From Candidatus Atabeyarchaeum deiterrae (GTDB lineage: Archaea; Asgardarchaeota; Atabeyarchaeia; Atabeyarchaeales; Atabeyarchaeaceae): DNA of 64,000 nucleotides. Location of the stretch: the NCBI GenBank assembly GCA_037310415.1, contig CP147780.1:832001-896000 (forward strand), written 5' to 3'. Made by a program: the position numbers and the translations under genes. Each line of letters opens with the position of its first letter. Position 1 is the stretch's first letter. Below the pieces are notes generated by a model, which saw only the letters and a list, made by a program, of their open reading frames with translations, searched no databases and was not told where the DNA came from. Below, piece by piece: positions 18,773-28,403 of this stretch.

Positions 18773-20542
18773 TCATTCCTTCACAGTCTTCAGCTGCCTT
18801 TTATACATATCAACTATCTCCAGAGATGTTGTGGCATCTTCCGGGCTCTTGTCTTCCCGCCATTTCCCAGTGAACCTGGGAAACCTAATTGCGAGGCCAC
18901 TTCCTTTCTTTATCGAATCCCTGGCACAAGTGTGGATAGGACTTAAGGTGATCTCGTCACCGATTATCTCCATGACTTCGGCTGGAGTAAACCAGACATC
19001 AGCTTCAAGTATTGCGTCCACTCGACCATGCTTGTGGGGAATCCGATGCTTCTCCATTTTCTTGGGGATTTGCGCCAACGTTTCATCTGTGAAACCTGTC
19101 CCAACCTTGGTGACGGTCTTGAAAGCATCCAAATCTTCATCGTAAACGGCCACAAGAATAGCTCCGTATGTTCCTGCTCTCTTCCCCCTGCCTCTAAATG
19201 CCCCGACGATAGCAACGTCTATTGGTTCCACCATTCTAGATTGGTAAGATCGTTTGAGTTTGATCCAGTTCCAGCCTCGGGCGCCGGCTTGATAGGTGCT
19301 GTCGTTTGAAACAGATTTCATGACAAGTCCTTCGCATCCAGCCTCGATCGCCTTCTCGAAGAACTCTTCAACTGCGTTCACGTCATCGGTCACCAAGGCT
19401 TCGGCCACTTTCACCCTGTCACTTTGGTCGATGATTCTCTCCAATGTTTTTCTTCTTTCAGGATAAGGGTTCGTGGTAAGATCATTTCCGTTAACATAGA
19501 GTACGTCAAAGCTGTACAGACCAACCGGATACTTCTGGGTATACTCCTCGATCCCGTGCTTCCGGCGACGGTGCATCAGTTCTTGGAAGGGTTTGAACTC
19601 TCCGCTGTCTATGTCAAGGGCTACACACTCACCCTCTAAGATCGCTTCATTAGCTTTCACATTTTTCTTGACCAACTCACGTACGTCTGGGTATTGAGAG
19701 GTAATGTCTTCTAACCTTCTTGAGAACAGTTTAGTGTCTTCTCCCCTTTTGTGGGCTTGAATTCTCTCTCCGTCATATTTGTACTCGCATGAGGCTTTGC
19801 CGCCCAACTTGTCAAGTATCTCCTTTGCCGATGTGAGTCTTTGTGCGAGCATAGGTCTTATTGGATCGCCAACGCTGACATGGAACTTCTTGACAGCTTC
19901 AAGTCCTCCCTCGACAAGAGTCTTGGCAACTAACCCCATGTCAGAGCTAAGATTGTAAGCCCTTTCAATGTAAGTCCTATTGGTTTTGCTTTCAGCGAAA
20001 GCAATAGCAAGGGCATCCAGTAAGGTCATGTCAGCTATCCCGAGTCTAAGGGTGCCTGTTGCCATCTTAATGATATATTTGGCTTCTCCTGGAGTCGCAT
20101 CTGCGATTAATCCAGATAGAAGTCTAGTCCTTGCCTCCTGGGACTTGGCGCCTGAGGTCTTTGCTATTTGATCCAATGTGTCGTAGACTTTATTCACAGT
20201 CAACCCCTTAGATTGCTGAAGGGCTGCCTGATTCTTCTCTTTTGCCAGAATCTCAACGGTCAGTCCAAGGTCACCCGTTTCTCTTACACTCTCTTCGACA
20301 TGGTCCGTGGTTTTTCCGTAAGCGTGCACAATAGCTCTGATTGCCATCTTCTCAGCTATCCCGATCTCTATTGGGACGAACAACGGGTACAACCTTCCCA
20401 GAGTCAAGTAGGCTACTTTGTCGATCATGTCTTTTGGGGTCTGTTTTAGAAGTTGAACCAAGTGATCGGTTATCTCAAGCCGCTTGGTTGTGGCCTCAAT
20501 CTTGTCATATACCTCAACGATCTTCGAGTATGGCAGCATCAA
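18773..20542 (-). CDS. lig: ATP-dependent DNA ligase
   Basis: Motifs EYKYDGER, EGLVMK, WIKLK and IRFPRF. Confidence 0.97.
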   Translation of the reverse strand: MMLPYSKIVEVYDKIEATTKRLEITDHLVQLLKQTPKDMIDKVAYLTLGRLYPLFVPIEIGIAEKMAIRAIVHAYGKTTDHVEESVRETGDLGLTVEILAKEKNQAALQQSKGLTVNKVYDTLDQIAKTSGAKSQEARTRLLSGLIADATPGEAKYIIKMATGTLRLGIADMTLLDALAIAFAESKTNRTYIERAYNLSSDMGLVAKTLVEGGLEAVKKFHVSVGDPIRPMLAQRLTSAKEILDKLGGKASCEYKYDGERIQAHKRGEDTKLFSRRLEDITSQYPDVRELVKKNVKANEAILEGECVALDIDSGEFKPFQELMHRRRKHGIEEYTQKYPVGLYSFDVLYVNGNDLTTNPYPERRKTLERIIDQSDRVKVAEALVTDDVNAVEEFFEKAIEAGCEGLVMKSVSNDSTYQAGARGWNWIKLKRSYQSRMVEPIDVAIVGAFRGRGKRAGTYGAILVAVYDEDLDAFKTVTKVGTGFTDETLAQIPKKMEKHRIPHKHGRVDAILEADVWFTPAEVMEIIGDEITLSPIHTCARDSIKKGSGLAIRFPRFTGKWREDKSPEDATTSLEIVDMYKRQLKTVKE

Positions 20543-20670
20543 TTTCCAATCGCCTCAAGAACCCTGTTGGTGACAACTGCATCATTCTGAATCATCAAGT
20601 TTTCGGATGACTTCCATGTTGGTCTTGCTTTCGGCTCGGAATGAAAAGGTTGCTGGACGAAACGAATTTC

Positions 20671-20679
20671 TTATATAAA
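20671..20679. promoter_or_regulatory. TATA-box-like element in the divergent lig/psmB intergenic region
   Basis: TTATATAAA between two divergently transcribed genes. Confidence 0.4.
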
Positions 20680-20790
20680 CTTTGTATCATAAGGTAAAAC
20701 AGCATAGAAGAGTCATATCAGTTACCACGATTGAGTGAAACCTTTACGGAAGCAGAACAGTCTTTCGAAAAGGAGAGTGTTTGCTGACCC

Positions 20791-21366
20791 TTGACAACCA
20801 CTTTGGGTGTCGTCTTTGACAAGGGAGTGCTGCTCGCCTCCGAGAGCCGCGCAACCGAAGGATACTTCATCGCGAGTAAGGAAGCTCCGAAGATCTACAA
20901 GATAACTGATCAGATAGGTATGACGATCTCCGGCGGTGTGGCAGATTGCCAGCAAATGGTGAAAACAATACGGGCACTCACGAACCTCAGAAAAATCGAA
21001 AATGGACGCGAGGTTACCGTGAAATCAGTTGCTCAACTCACTTCCGTTTCCCTATTCCAGAGCCGGCTCGCTCCATATATCTCTGAATTGATAATCGGCG
21101 GAGTAGATGAAACTGGATATCACCTCTTCATACTCGATCCTCTTGGCTCACTTATCCCGGAGAAAGACTATACTGCGACGGGTTCGGGTTCGATTGTCGC
21201 GCTTGGGGTTCTTGAGAACGGATACAAGAAAGCGATGACCCTTAATGAAGGAGTGAAACTAGTAAGTACAGGCATTGCTGCCTCAAAAGCTAGAGACATT
21301 GCCTCAGGTGGCCCACTGCAGATCATCTCAATAACAAAGGAAGAAGGATACAAGAAAATCCAATAG
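20791..21366 (+). CDS. psmB: 20S proteasome beta subunit, no propeptide
   Basis: Motifs TTTLG, ASESRAT, KIYKI, SGGVAD, ATGSGS and RDIASGG. In-frame TGA two codons upstream of the TTG start. Confidence 0.92.
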   Translation: MTTTLGVVFDKGVLLASESRATEGYFIASKEAPKIYKITDQIGMTISGGVADCQQMVKTIRALTNLRKIENGREVTVKSVAQLTSVSLFQSRLAPYISELIIGGVDETGYHLFILDPLGSLIPEKDYTATGSGSIVALGVLENGYKKAMTLNEGVKLVSTGIAASKARDIASGGPLQIISITKEEGYKKIQ

Positions 21367-21421
21367 TGTGTCCACCTTACTTCACTCGTAAGCGTCAACT
21401 GGGTGAATTCGGCGAAACAGA

Positions 21422-21874
21422 TTGTGTATTTGTCTATCTTTCCCCTCTGGGGGAATGGGGGACCGGGAAACAGTGTCCGAAATCATAGGAATGGATTCAA
21501 CTAAAGGAAGACAAATTCGGGACTACATCGGAGCAGATTCTCTGAGGCAAGAGTTGTTCAAGGTTCTATCCGATGGACGGTGGCATTCAACCTTGGAGCT
21601 TTGGAGGCGGGTCAAGAAGTATGGACAGTACATAGGACTAGTGAGAATCGGGAAGATCCTATCCCAGTTTCAAGCTGTGTCTGGCGAGGACGTCTTGGAG
21701 AGAAGAGAAGGGTTGGATATAAGCGAATGGAGAATAACACCTCTCTTCAACTCACTCGTTAGTGAGATAATCCAGACTCTGCCTTTGTCTGGAGAGAAAA
21801 CCGCTAGCAAAGAGAGTGAGTCCGAGGAGACAGAGGAAGCGAATGAAGACAGGGAAAATGCTGATCATATGTGA
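21422..21874 (+). CDS. Hypothetical winged-helix protein with acidic tail (start uncertain)
   Basis: LFKVLSDGRWHSTLEL is a wHTH-like pattern. Confidence 0.55.
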   Translation: MCICLSFPSGGMGDRETVSEIIGMDSTKGRQIRDYIGADSLRQELFKVLSDGRWHSTLELWRRVKKYGQYIGLVRIGKILSQFQAVSGEDVLERREGLDISEWRITPLFNSLVSEIIQTLPLSGEKTASKESESEETEEANEDRENADHM

Positions 21875-22012
21875 ACTAGTATCTTAACGATTGTTCACCA
21901 GAGAAATCTCTGTTACTAATACTGTCACTTGTGACCTGGTCTTTCATAACAGAAGACATTCGATGAGAAAGGAAATCCCTGAAGCGTTAATAGAAAGAAA
22001 GGGATTCCTATT

Positions 22013-22615
22013 CTATTCGCGTCCAAGGTAACCCCTGATGAACTTGTTGAACCCAGAATTTCTTACAAAGGCTGCCATGAGCAGGCTGATCAGTATCATT
22101 TCGACCCACGCCTTCACAGCTATTGAAGCTACAAGAAGGGGAACCCAGAACGCAGCCCCTGCAATGAAGAATGGAACCATTATTAGGAAGAAGAACACGG
22201 TGAACATGAACTCAGGAACATATCCGACTAGTACTATTGGTATCACTAAGAGGTATGCTCTCTTCTTCTGTTGGAGCCTTGTCGCTCTTGCGAGAGCTCC
22301 CACCGTCAAACCAGTGAAGCTTTTTCCGAGCATCAACCCAAAAGGCCCGAGAAAGCCAAGGGTCCCCGTTACGAACCCATACATGATTCCAGGCATGAAT
22401 CCTGCGATAAGCCCAGTGAGCCACCCGAGTCGCCATCCGGCATATACAGCTACTACCACTATGGCTAAGTTCGACAAATCGACTGCGACTTGACCCGCAA
22501 TTGGCGATGGAAGTTGGGCTATGGTTATGGATATTAATGCTAGAACGTTTCCCAGTGCGCCCATTATTCCTACAAGTGCCAACGACTTGGATCTCGATGT
22601 CTTGCCATTAGTCAT
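22013..22615 (-). CDS. ECF transporter S-component-like membrane protein
   Basis: About 6 hydrophobic segments, N-terminal GIMGAL (AxxxA-like), AGWRLG. Confidence 0.7.
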   Translation of the reverse strand: MTNGKTSRSKSLALVGIMGALGNVLALISITIAQLPSPIAGQVAVDLSNLAIVVVAVYAGWRLGWLTGLIAGFMPGIMYGFVTGTLGFLGPFGLMLGKSFTGLTVGALARATRLQQKKRAYLLVIPIVLVGYVPEFMFTVFFFLIMVPFFIAGAAFWVPLLVASIAVKAWVEMILISLLMAAFVRNSGFNKFIRGYLGRE

Positions 22616-22788
22616 CTGATCAGCGCCTTCTCCAGCGTTCGATAGTAAAGTCAACGTAGTGCTGGGTAACTCTTCGAGTATATAAAACATTAGTAATTAC
22701 TCGATCATGAGTAGATATCAAACGGAATTTACAAACAGAAATATAATGCTGCGAATCTTCTCTGAAGATAGAAAAGTACGGGTGAAAA

Positions 22789-23736
22789 GTGATGCTTCGC
22801 GATCGCTTCGGCAGAACGGTATCGAACATAAGGATCTCGCTGACCCAGCGCTGCAACCTTGATTGTGTCTATTGTCACAAGGAGGGTCATGTCAACGAGC
22901 TGGATCGCGAAATCTTCCCCGCAGAGATTCAAAGAATCATGAATGTCGCTACTCATCTCGGGATCAATCGAGTAAAACTCACAGGAGGAGAACCTACTTT
23001 ACGCACAGATCTCGTTGAGGTCGTGAAACAGCTATCATCTGTTCCGGCTATCAAGGAAATATCAATGACCACTAATGGCACTAGGCTAGAAAATCTTGCG
23101 TCTCAATTAAGGGAGGCTGGCCTCAGCAGGGTTAACGTGACATTAGATTCCTTGAAGTCCAATACATATACTTGGATCACAGGTCACGATTCGCTCGGAT
23201 CGGTTCTGCGTGGAATAAGAGCAGCAGTCTCGGAAGGGTTAGCCCCGGTCAAGATGAATGTCGTCGTCCTCAAGTCGGTAAATGATTCAGAGATTCCAGA
23301 TCTCATCCACTTCTCCTCTGAGACTGGAGTTATTCTGCAACTAATCGAATTGATCTCGAGAGATGATGACAATGAATTCTACCGGAAATATCATTGTGAC
23401 CTGCAACCGATAGAGAATAGGTTGATGAGGATCTCAGCCAAGAAAGTCGATAGGATGATGAATAAAAGAAGGAAATACGTTTTCGCAAATGGATCGGAGA
23501 TTGAGATTGTCAGACCAATGCATAATAGTGAGTTCTGTTCGAATTGTCATCGTCTACGCTTAACAAGCGATGGTAAATTGAAGCCGTGCCTAATGCGAGA
23601 AGACAATTTGGTGGACGTGCTCACAGCGATGCGGCAAGGTGCTACAGACGCAGAGGTGGCTGCCTTGATGCGAGAGGCGGTTCGATTGAGGGAACCCTAC
23701 TACAGAGAGGCTAGTGAGGCACATTCCGTTCTTTGA
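22789..23736 (+). CDS. moaA: GTP 3',8-cyclase (molybdopterin biosynthesis radical SAM enzyme)
   Basis: Motifs DRFGR, CNLDCVYCH, TGGEP and FCSNCHRLRLTSDGKLKPCL. Confidence 0.92.
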   Translation: MMLRDRFGRTVSNIRISLTQRCNLDCVYCHKEGHVNELDREIFPAEIQRIMNVATHLGINRVKLTGGEPTLRTDLVEVVKQLSSVPAIKEISMTTNGTRLENLASQLREAGLSRVNVTLDSLKSNTYTWITGHDSLGSVLRGIRAAVSEGLAPVKMNVVVLKSVNDSEIPDLIHFSSETGVILQLIELISRDDDNEFYRKYHCDLQPIENRLMRISAKKVDRMMNKRRKYVFANGSEIEIVRPMHNSEFCSNCHRLRLTSDGKLKPCLMREDNLVDVLTAMRQGATDAEVAALMREAVRLREPYYREASEAHSVL

Positions 23737-23845
23737 TTAAAGATCGCTTCTCTTCATGAACCTGAAAAGTTTTAAAAGGATGCCGCAATACTTCATTCTA
23801 TACATTCATGAGAGCAGAAAAGAAAACTTTGGAGGTTAGCACATT

Positions 23846-24037
23846 ATGCCAAGAAGAGGTGGCGGTGCTTTCAGCAGTAGAAAGAAGAGTCTTTCATTGC
23901 TTTCGCGTGAAGAGGTTCTGCAGAAGTATAGGGTTATTGTGGTCACTTGTCCTGATAAACGCGGGGCATCTTGTATGATCACATATGGATCTTGCAAGGC
24001 ATCTGAGTGCCCGAAGGTATTCAGGGTTCCTTCCTAA
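23846..24037 (+). CDS. Small basic Cys-rich hypothetical protein
   Basis: 63 aa, GGAGG RBS, upstream TTTTAAAA. Contains C-x7-C-x6-C-x4-CP. Confidence 0.55.
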   Translation: MPRRGGGAFSSRKKSLSLLSREEVLQKYRVIVVTCPDKRGASCMITYGSCKASECPKVFRVPS

Positions 24038-24254
24038 CCACGGCTGTTTTTGGGATCAGACCCTCGGATCAGACCGTCGTTGAGTTTTGGAAACAATTCT
24101 CAACTCCACCTTTCTATGTTCTTCCAAGATTACTGATACTATTGGCCATCAAAAGACTAGGTATAAAAGCGAGTCTTTTCAGAACAAATTCATCTCAGAA
24201 AGGATTTACTTCAAGAATTCAAACTGGGAGGAAGAAATCGCGGGGTGCCCAAAA

Positions 24255-25031
24255 ATGCCTAGTGGACGTGTCTGGAAATATATTAACGAAGTCATAAGTC
24301 GAGACAATCTCATGCACCTGACTCTGATAGACCCTGATCCTCTGACGCAGAGCGCTGAAAAAGCGGGGAAGATTGCTAAAGTAGCTGTGGATGCAGGATC
24401 AGATGGGATAATGGTGGGAGGATCCACGGCATTCGGGATACTTGACGAGACCGTCAAGGAGATCAAATCAAAAGTGGACAAACCTGTGATATTGTTTCCT
24501 GGTAATGTTAATGGTTTAACGAAATATGCTGACGCCGTCTTCTTTATGAGTCTACTAAACTCGAGTAATCCCTACTGGATAATCGAGGCGCAGATGCTTT
24601 GCGCGCCAGCTGCAAGACTGTTCGGACTTGAAACGATATCCATGGCATACTTGGTCATTGAGCCAGGCGGATCAGCGGGATGGGTTGGAGAAGCTCATCT
24701 CATACCCAGGGATAAGCCTAAACTAGCCGCAGCATATGCCATGGCGGCTGAAACAATAGGATACAAACTAGTTTATCTAGAGGCGGGCAGCGGGGCTGGC
24801 ATGTCCGTCCCCGCAGAGATGGTTAGACTGGTCTCAAGTACAATTGGGATACCACTCGTTGTTGGGGGCGGCATAGTGACCCTGGAGCAAGCGGTCGACA
24901 TTGTGAAAGCAGGTGCCAAGATAATAGTTCAGGGTAACATCGTAGAGAAGACTGCACTCTCTGATGGAGGGAAGCTGATCAAGGCAACAATAGCAAAGTC
25001 AAAAGAAGCAGCAAGTGGCAAGAAAGTATAG
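24255..25031 (+). CDS. Geranylgeranylglyceryl phosphate synthase
   Basis: Motifs HLTLIDPD, IMVGGST, ILFPG, FFMSLLNS, YLEAGSGA and VGGGI. Confidence 0.93.
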   Translation: MPSGRVWKYINEVISRDNLMHLTLIDPDPLTQSAEKAGKIAKVAVDAGSDGIMVGGSTAFGILDETVKEIKSKVDKPVILFPGNVNGLTKYADAVFFMSLLNSSNPYWIIEAQMLCAPAARLFGLETISMAYLVIEPGGSAGWVGEAHLIPRDKPKLAAAYAMAAETIGYKLVYLEAGSGAGMSVPAEMVRLVSSTIGIPLVVGGGIVTLEQAVDIVKAGAKIIVQGNIVEKTALSDGGKLIKATIAKSKEAASGKKV

Positions 25032-25048
25032 AACGTAGTCTGGCACGC

Positions 25049-25837
25049 TTAGCTTATATACTCAGTTTCTGAACTTGGTCGCTTCTGGTTCTTGACCCCA
25101 TAGGCTTCAAACAACTTGTCAGCTGCAGCGGACAACTTCGTCGAATCTATTCTCATTCTGAAACACAATCTCAGAATATCAACAAGCGCTTTCGAAGCGC
25201 TTGGATCGGTGGGAAGCGCCTGACATGCCTCGGCCAACAAGATGCAGCCGGGGATGCCGTAGAGACGCTCACTCAAGCATGGAATGACACCATTCATTCC
25301 AACTATCGTTCCCTCATTTAGCTTCTTTGCGCCATTCTTCACAAGCAAATCAAGCAAGGACTTCGATGTTGAAGCAACATAAATCGAAGGATTCATAGTG
25401 ATTGTGGCGACAGGTGAAGCAGCAAGTGAGATGACTGCTCTCGCTCCAAGGTCTCTCAACTGTTCTGCAAGAAAATAGGAGAGGGTGTTTATTCCATCTC
25501 CGTTCGCAGGTTGCCCATCTCCAGTGACCAGAATGAAATCACGTTTCTCCTCCTTACACAGATAAGCAGCTGTTCTCAGGGCGCTCAGACGACCTTTGTC
25601 GTCAACTTTCACATGAGACGACAGGTCGTAGAAGTAAAACTCGTACATCAGCTTGGCTTTTGATTCCTCAATCATGTAGTCAACCGCGGTTTTTCCACAC
25701 ATTGCTACGCCGGGCATTCCCTGAATGCAAATTGGCTTCCTCAGAACTGAAGAATTGTGGGGAGCGGCTTCCTTTTCGACAGTTATCACCTTGTATCCTG
25801 TCGAATAATTGCTCTCTTTTGACATTCTATTCTTCAC
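25049..25837 (-). CDS. PAC2-family proteasome assembly chaperone-like protein
   Basis: Motifs QGMPGVAMCGK, ILVTGD.QP, GTIVGMNG and DPSASK; C-terminal YIS. Confidence 0.8.
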   Translation of the reverse strand: MKNRMSKESNYSTGYKVITVEKEAAPHNSSVLRKPICIQGMPGVAMCGKTAVDYMIEESKAKLMYEFYFYDLSSHVKVDDKGRLSALRTAAYLCKEEKRDFILVTGDGQPANGDGINTLSYFLAEQLRDLGARAVISLAASPVATITMNPSIYVASTSKSLLDLLVKNGAKKLNEGTIVGMNGVIPCLSERLYGIPGCILLAEACQALPTDPSASKALVDILRLCFRMRIDSTKLSAAADKLFEAYGVKNQKRPSSETEYIS

Positions 25838-25954
25838 TTCGCCACCTCAAGGTCACTGACATTAATATAGTAATGCTTTTCTCATTTTCGATCCATCATA
25901 CATGTCTATCTCATGCAGACAAATATATCGTCAACAAAGAGCGTGGGATAGCCG

Positions 25955-26557
25955 ATGACATCAAATGGGAGCTTCATAGCAATTGACGGCGTTGATGGTG
26001 CTGGCAACACTAGTCACTCACAATTGCTTGCAGAATGGGTAACCAAGTCTCTTGGGTTGAAAACACTGCTGACTAAGGAGCCAACAGAGAAGCCAATAGG
26101 TCTTTTAATAAGAGAATATCTAAGGAAACCAAGAACTCCGAGTACAACGGACGCTCTCCTGTTTGCTGCGGATAGGATCGAACACGTTGAAAACGTGATT
26201 AAGCCTGCATTGGCAAAAGGTTTGGTTGTCATATCCGATAGGTATGTTGAGTCTTCTATAGCCTACCAATCCGTTCAAGGCTTACCGATTGATTGGCTCA
26301 TCTCAATCAACAGGCACGCCATGAAGCCATCATTGAACATAATACTTGACATAGAGCCGGATAGGAGTCTAGCCAGAAAAAAGGAATTGGTTGAGAAGTT
26401 TGAGGTCGCTTCCTTCCTAAGGAAGGTGCGTGAAGTTTTCCTAAGCAGAGCAAAGAGCGAGGACTATCCTGTCGTTGATACTGGTGGATCTCTCCATGGA
26501 GCACAGAATACTATCAGGACAATCGTACAATCATTTCTCCGAAAGTCTGGACTTTAG
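25955..26557 (+). CDS. tmk: Thymidylate kinase
   Basis: Motifs TKEPT, LLFAADR.EH and ISDRY..SSIAYQ. Variant P-loop GVDGAGNT. Confidence 0.9.
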   Translation: MTSNGSFIAIDGVDGAGNTSHSQLLAEWVTKSLGLKTLLTKEPTEKPIGLLIREYLRKPRTPSTTDALLFAADRIEHVENVIKPALAKGLVVISDRYVESSIAYQSVQGLPIDWLISINRHAMKPSLNIILDIEPDRSLARKKELVEKFEVASFLRKVREVFLSRAKSEDYPVVDTGGSLHGAQNTIRTIVQSFLRKSGL

Positions 26558-26610
26558 GCACATTTCTCCAGCCACGTAGCTCTGCGCTCAAAAAGAGGGG
26601 TTGCGAGTAA

Positions 26611-27000
26611 TCACGGAGCTCTTACACTAGCCAGCAACAGAGAGACTTTCTGGGCAACTCCTTTCAACATAAGAAATATCATTCCGAGGTTGGAGTCCGC
26701 TTTTGTGAGCACACTGAGAAGTGCCTCTTCACCAGCGTGTTTCAGTATTATGTAGCCGCGATCGCCTTGAATTAGTATTTGTTCAAGCTTGCCTCGTGCC
26801 AATTCATTCGCGGCCCTTTCACTTACCCCCAGAATTGCTGCTGCCATTGCTGCGACAATTGAGTCATCTACGTCTTTCGGCATAGCTGTAACTATTGGAA
26901 GGCCTTGCATGCTGACTACAGCACTAGCCTCTATACCTGGAGTGCTAGCCTCCATAGATTTCAATAGTCTTCGGATCTCGTCGACCGTGTCAGCGGGCAA
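26611..27000 (-). CDS. Roadblock/LC7 (MglB-like) domain protein
   Basis: Motifs GIEASAVVS.QGLPI, VAAMAAAIL...ERA..EL.RG.LEQ and NLGMIF. Confidence 0.9.
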   Translation of the reverse strand: MPADTVDEIRRLLKSMEASTPGIEASAVVSMQGLPIVTAMPKDVDDSIVAAMAAAILGVSERAANELARGKLEQILIQGDRGYIILKHAGEEALLSVLTKADSNLGMIFLMLKGVAQKVSLLLASVRAP

Positions 27001-27314
27001 GCCTCTATCAACCTCAAGCAGCGTTTTCTTTCAATGGAGTTTTGATAAGGCGATTGAGAGTCTGTACTTGCTGTTAGTATAGGTGGCGCATATGCGTTAT
27101 TCTTTTTGTCGCACCCTTTGCAGATGATTGGTTCAGCCGAGGAAGAGATTAACCTCCCATTTAAGCATAAGCTTAACCCCCTTAAAATCCTAGCTGTTCT
27201 CAATCCCAATTTATAAATGTGATTCCGAAACCATATTAACTGTCCTTTAGGCTTGTATAGACGAAAATCATCTGCTAATAGTTGTGATTTGAAACTTGGA
27301 GGTTCAGCAAACCC

Positions 27315-28286
27315 TTGAGTAAAGTCAGTCGTCCCCCAGCAGAATCGAGCAAGGCGAAGAACAGTAAGGAGATTTCTGATGAGGCGCAGAAAAAAGAAGA
27401 AATCCTCGTTAAGTATAGGAAAGCAGGAGCAATCGCTAGGGATGTCCGCGAAGCAATCAGACCCTCAATCAAGGTCGGTTCACCCATACTCGAGATATGC
27501 GAGAAAGTCGAAGCGATGATCATCGAGAAGGGTGGTGGCTGGGCGTTTCCTTGTAACATATCAATGAACAATATCGCTGCGCATTACTCTCCTCCGCTAG
27601 GTGACAAAACGATCATTGGAGAAAAGGATGTTGTGAAAGTGGATTTCGGAGTACATGTGGATGGCTACATAGCTGACATAGCCTTCACTCTGAGCTTCGA
27701 TCCAGCCTATCAGAGACTCGTGGAAGCTGCAGAGCGAGGACTGAAAGCAGCAATAGACAACATAAAGGCTGGACAGGATAGTAGAAGAATTGGTGCGCTA
27801 ATCGAGGTTGCAATAAGAGAGATGGGGTACAGACCGATCAAGGATCTCTCAGGACATCTTGTTGAGCAATATGAATTGCATGGTCCAAAGACGATCCCAT
27901 GTGTTGGCTCAGGTGGAAGCTCGAAACTTGAAGAAGGTGAAGTATATGCTCTCGACATATTCGCCACGAACGGTTCAGGTGGCGTCCATGACACACCCTA
28001 CTGCTACATTTACATGCTAATGCCCACGAGGTCTCCGATAAGGTTCAGAGGCTCAAGACAGGTTTTATCGATAATAGGCGAGAAATACAAGACTCTCCCG
28101 TTCACAGAAAGGTGGCTCACAAAAGAAGTATCTGCACTTTCACTGAAACTGGCTCTCAAGGAGCTCACAAATGCGGGGATGCTCTTCGAATACCACGTTC
28201 TCTCTGAGAGAAAGGACAGCATGGTCGCTCAGGCAGAGGAAACGGTTCTAGTGAAGAAGGATGGTTCTGAGGTTCTAGGCTATTAG
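27315..28286 (+). CDS. map: Type II methionine aminopeptidase
   Basis: Motifs AFPCNIS.N..AAHYSP, DFGVHVDGYIAD, SGH and QAEETV. Confidence 0.88.
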   Translation: MSKVSRPPAESSKAKNSKEISDEAQKKEEILVKYRKAGAIARDVREAIRPSIKVGSPILEICEKVEAMIIEKGGGWAFPCNISMNNIAAHYSPPLGDKTIIGEKDVVKVDFGVHVDGYIADIAFTLSFDPAYQRLVEAAERGLKAAIDNIKAGQDSRRIGALIEVAIREMGYRPIKDLSGHLVEQYELHGPKTIPCVGSGGSSKLEEGEVYALDIFATNGSGGVHDTPYCYIYMLMPTRSPIRFRGSRQVLSIIGEKYKTLPFTERWLTKEVSALSLKLALKELTNAGMLFEYHVLSERKDSMVAQAEETVLVKKDGSEVLGY

Positions 28287-28403
28287 AAGAACCTCTGCAT
28301 CTCTTGATTTTCTACTCCCATGAAGATAAGATGGATTCGCTTGTAGCAAGGTTACGACATTCATGTTTCAAGGACAAGGAGGGGACAACGCTTAGCTTTT
28401 GAG

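Noticed and set aside
24052-24077. Short tandem repeat GGATCAGACC(C/G)TC x2
   Set aside because: Only two units and no spacers; not a CRISPR array or a meaningful repeat.
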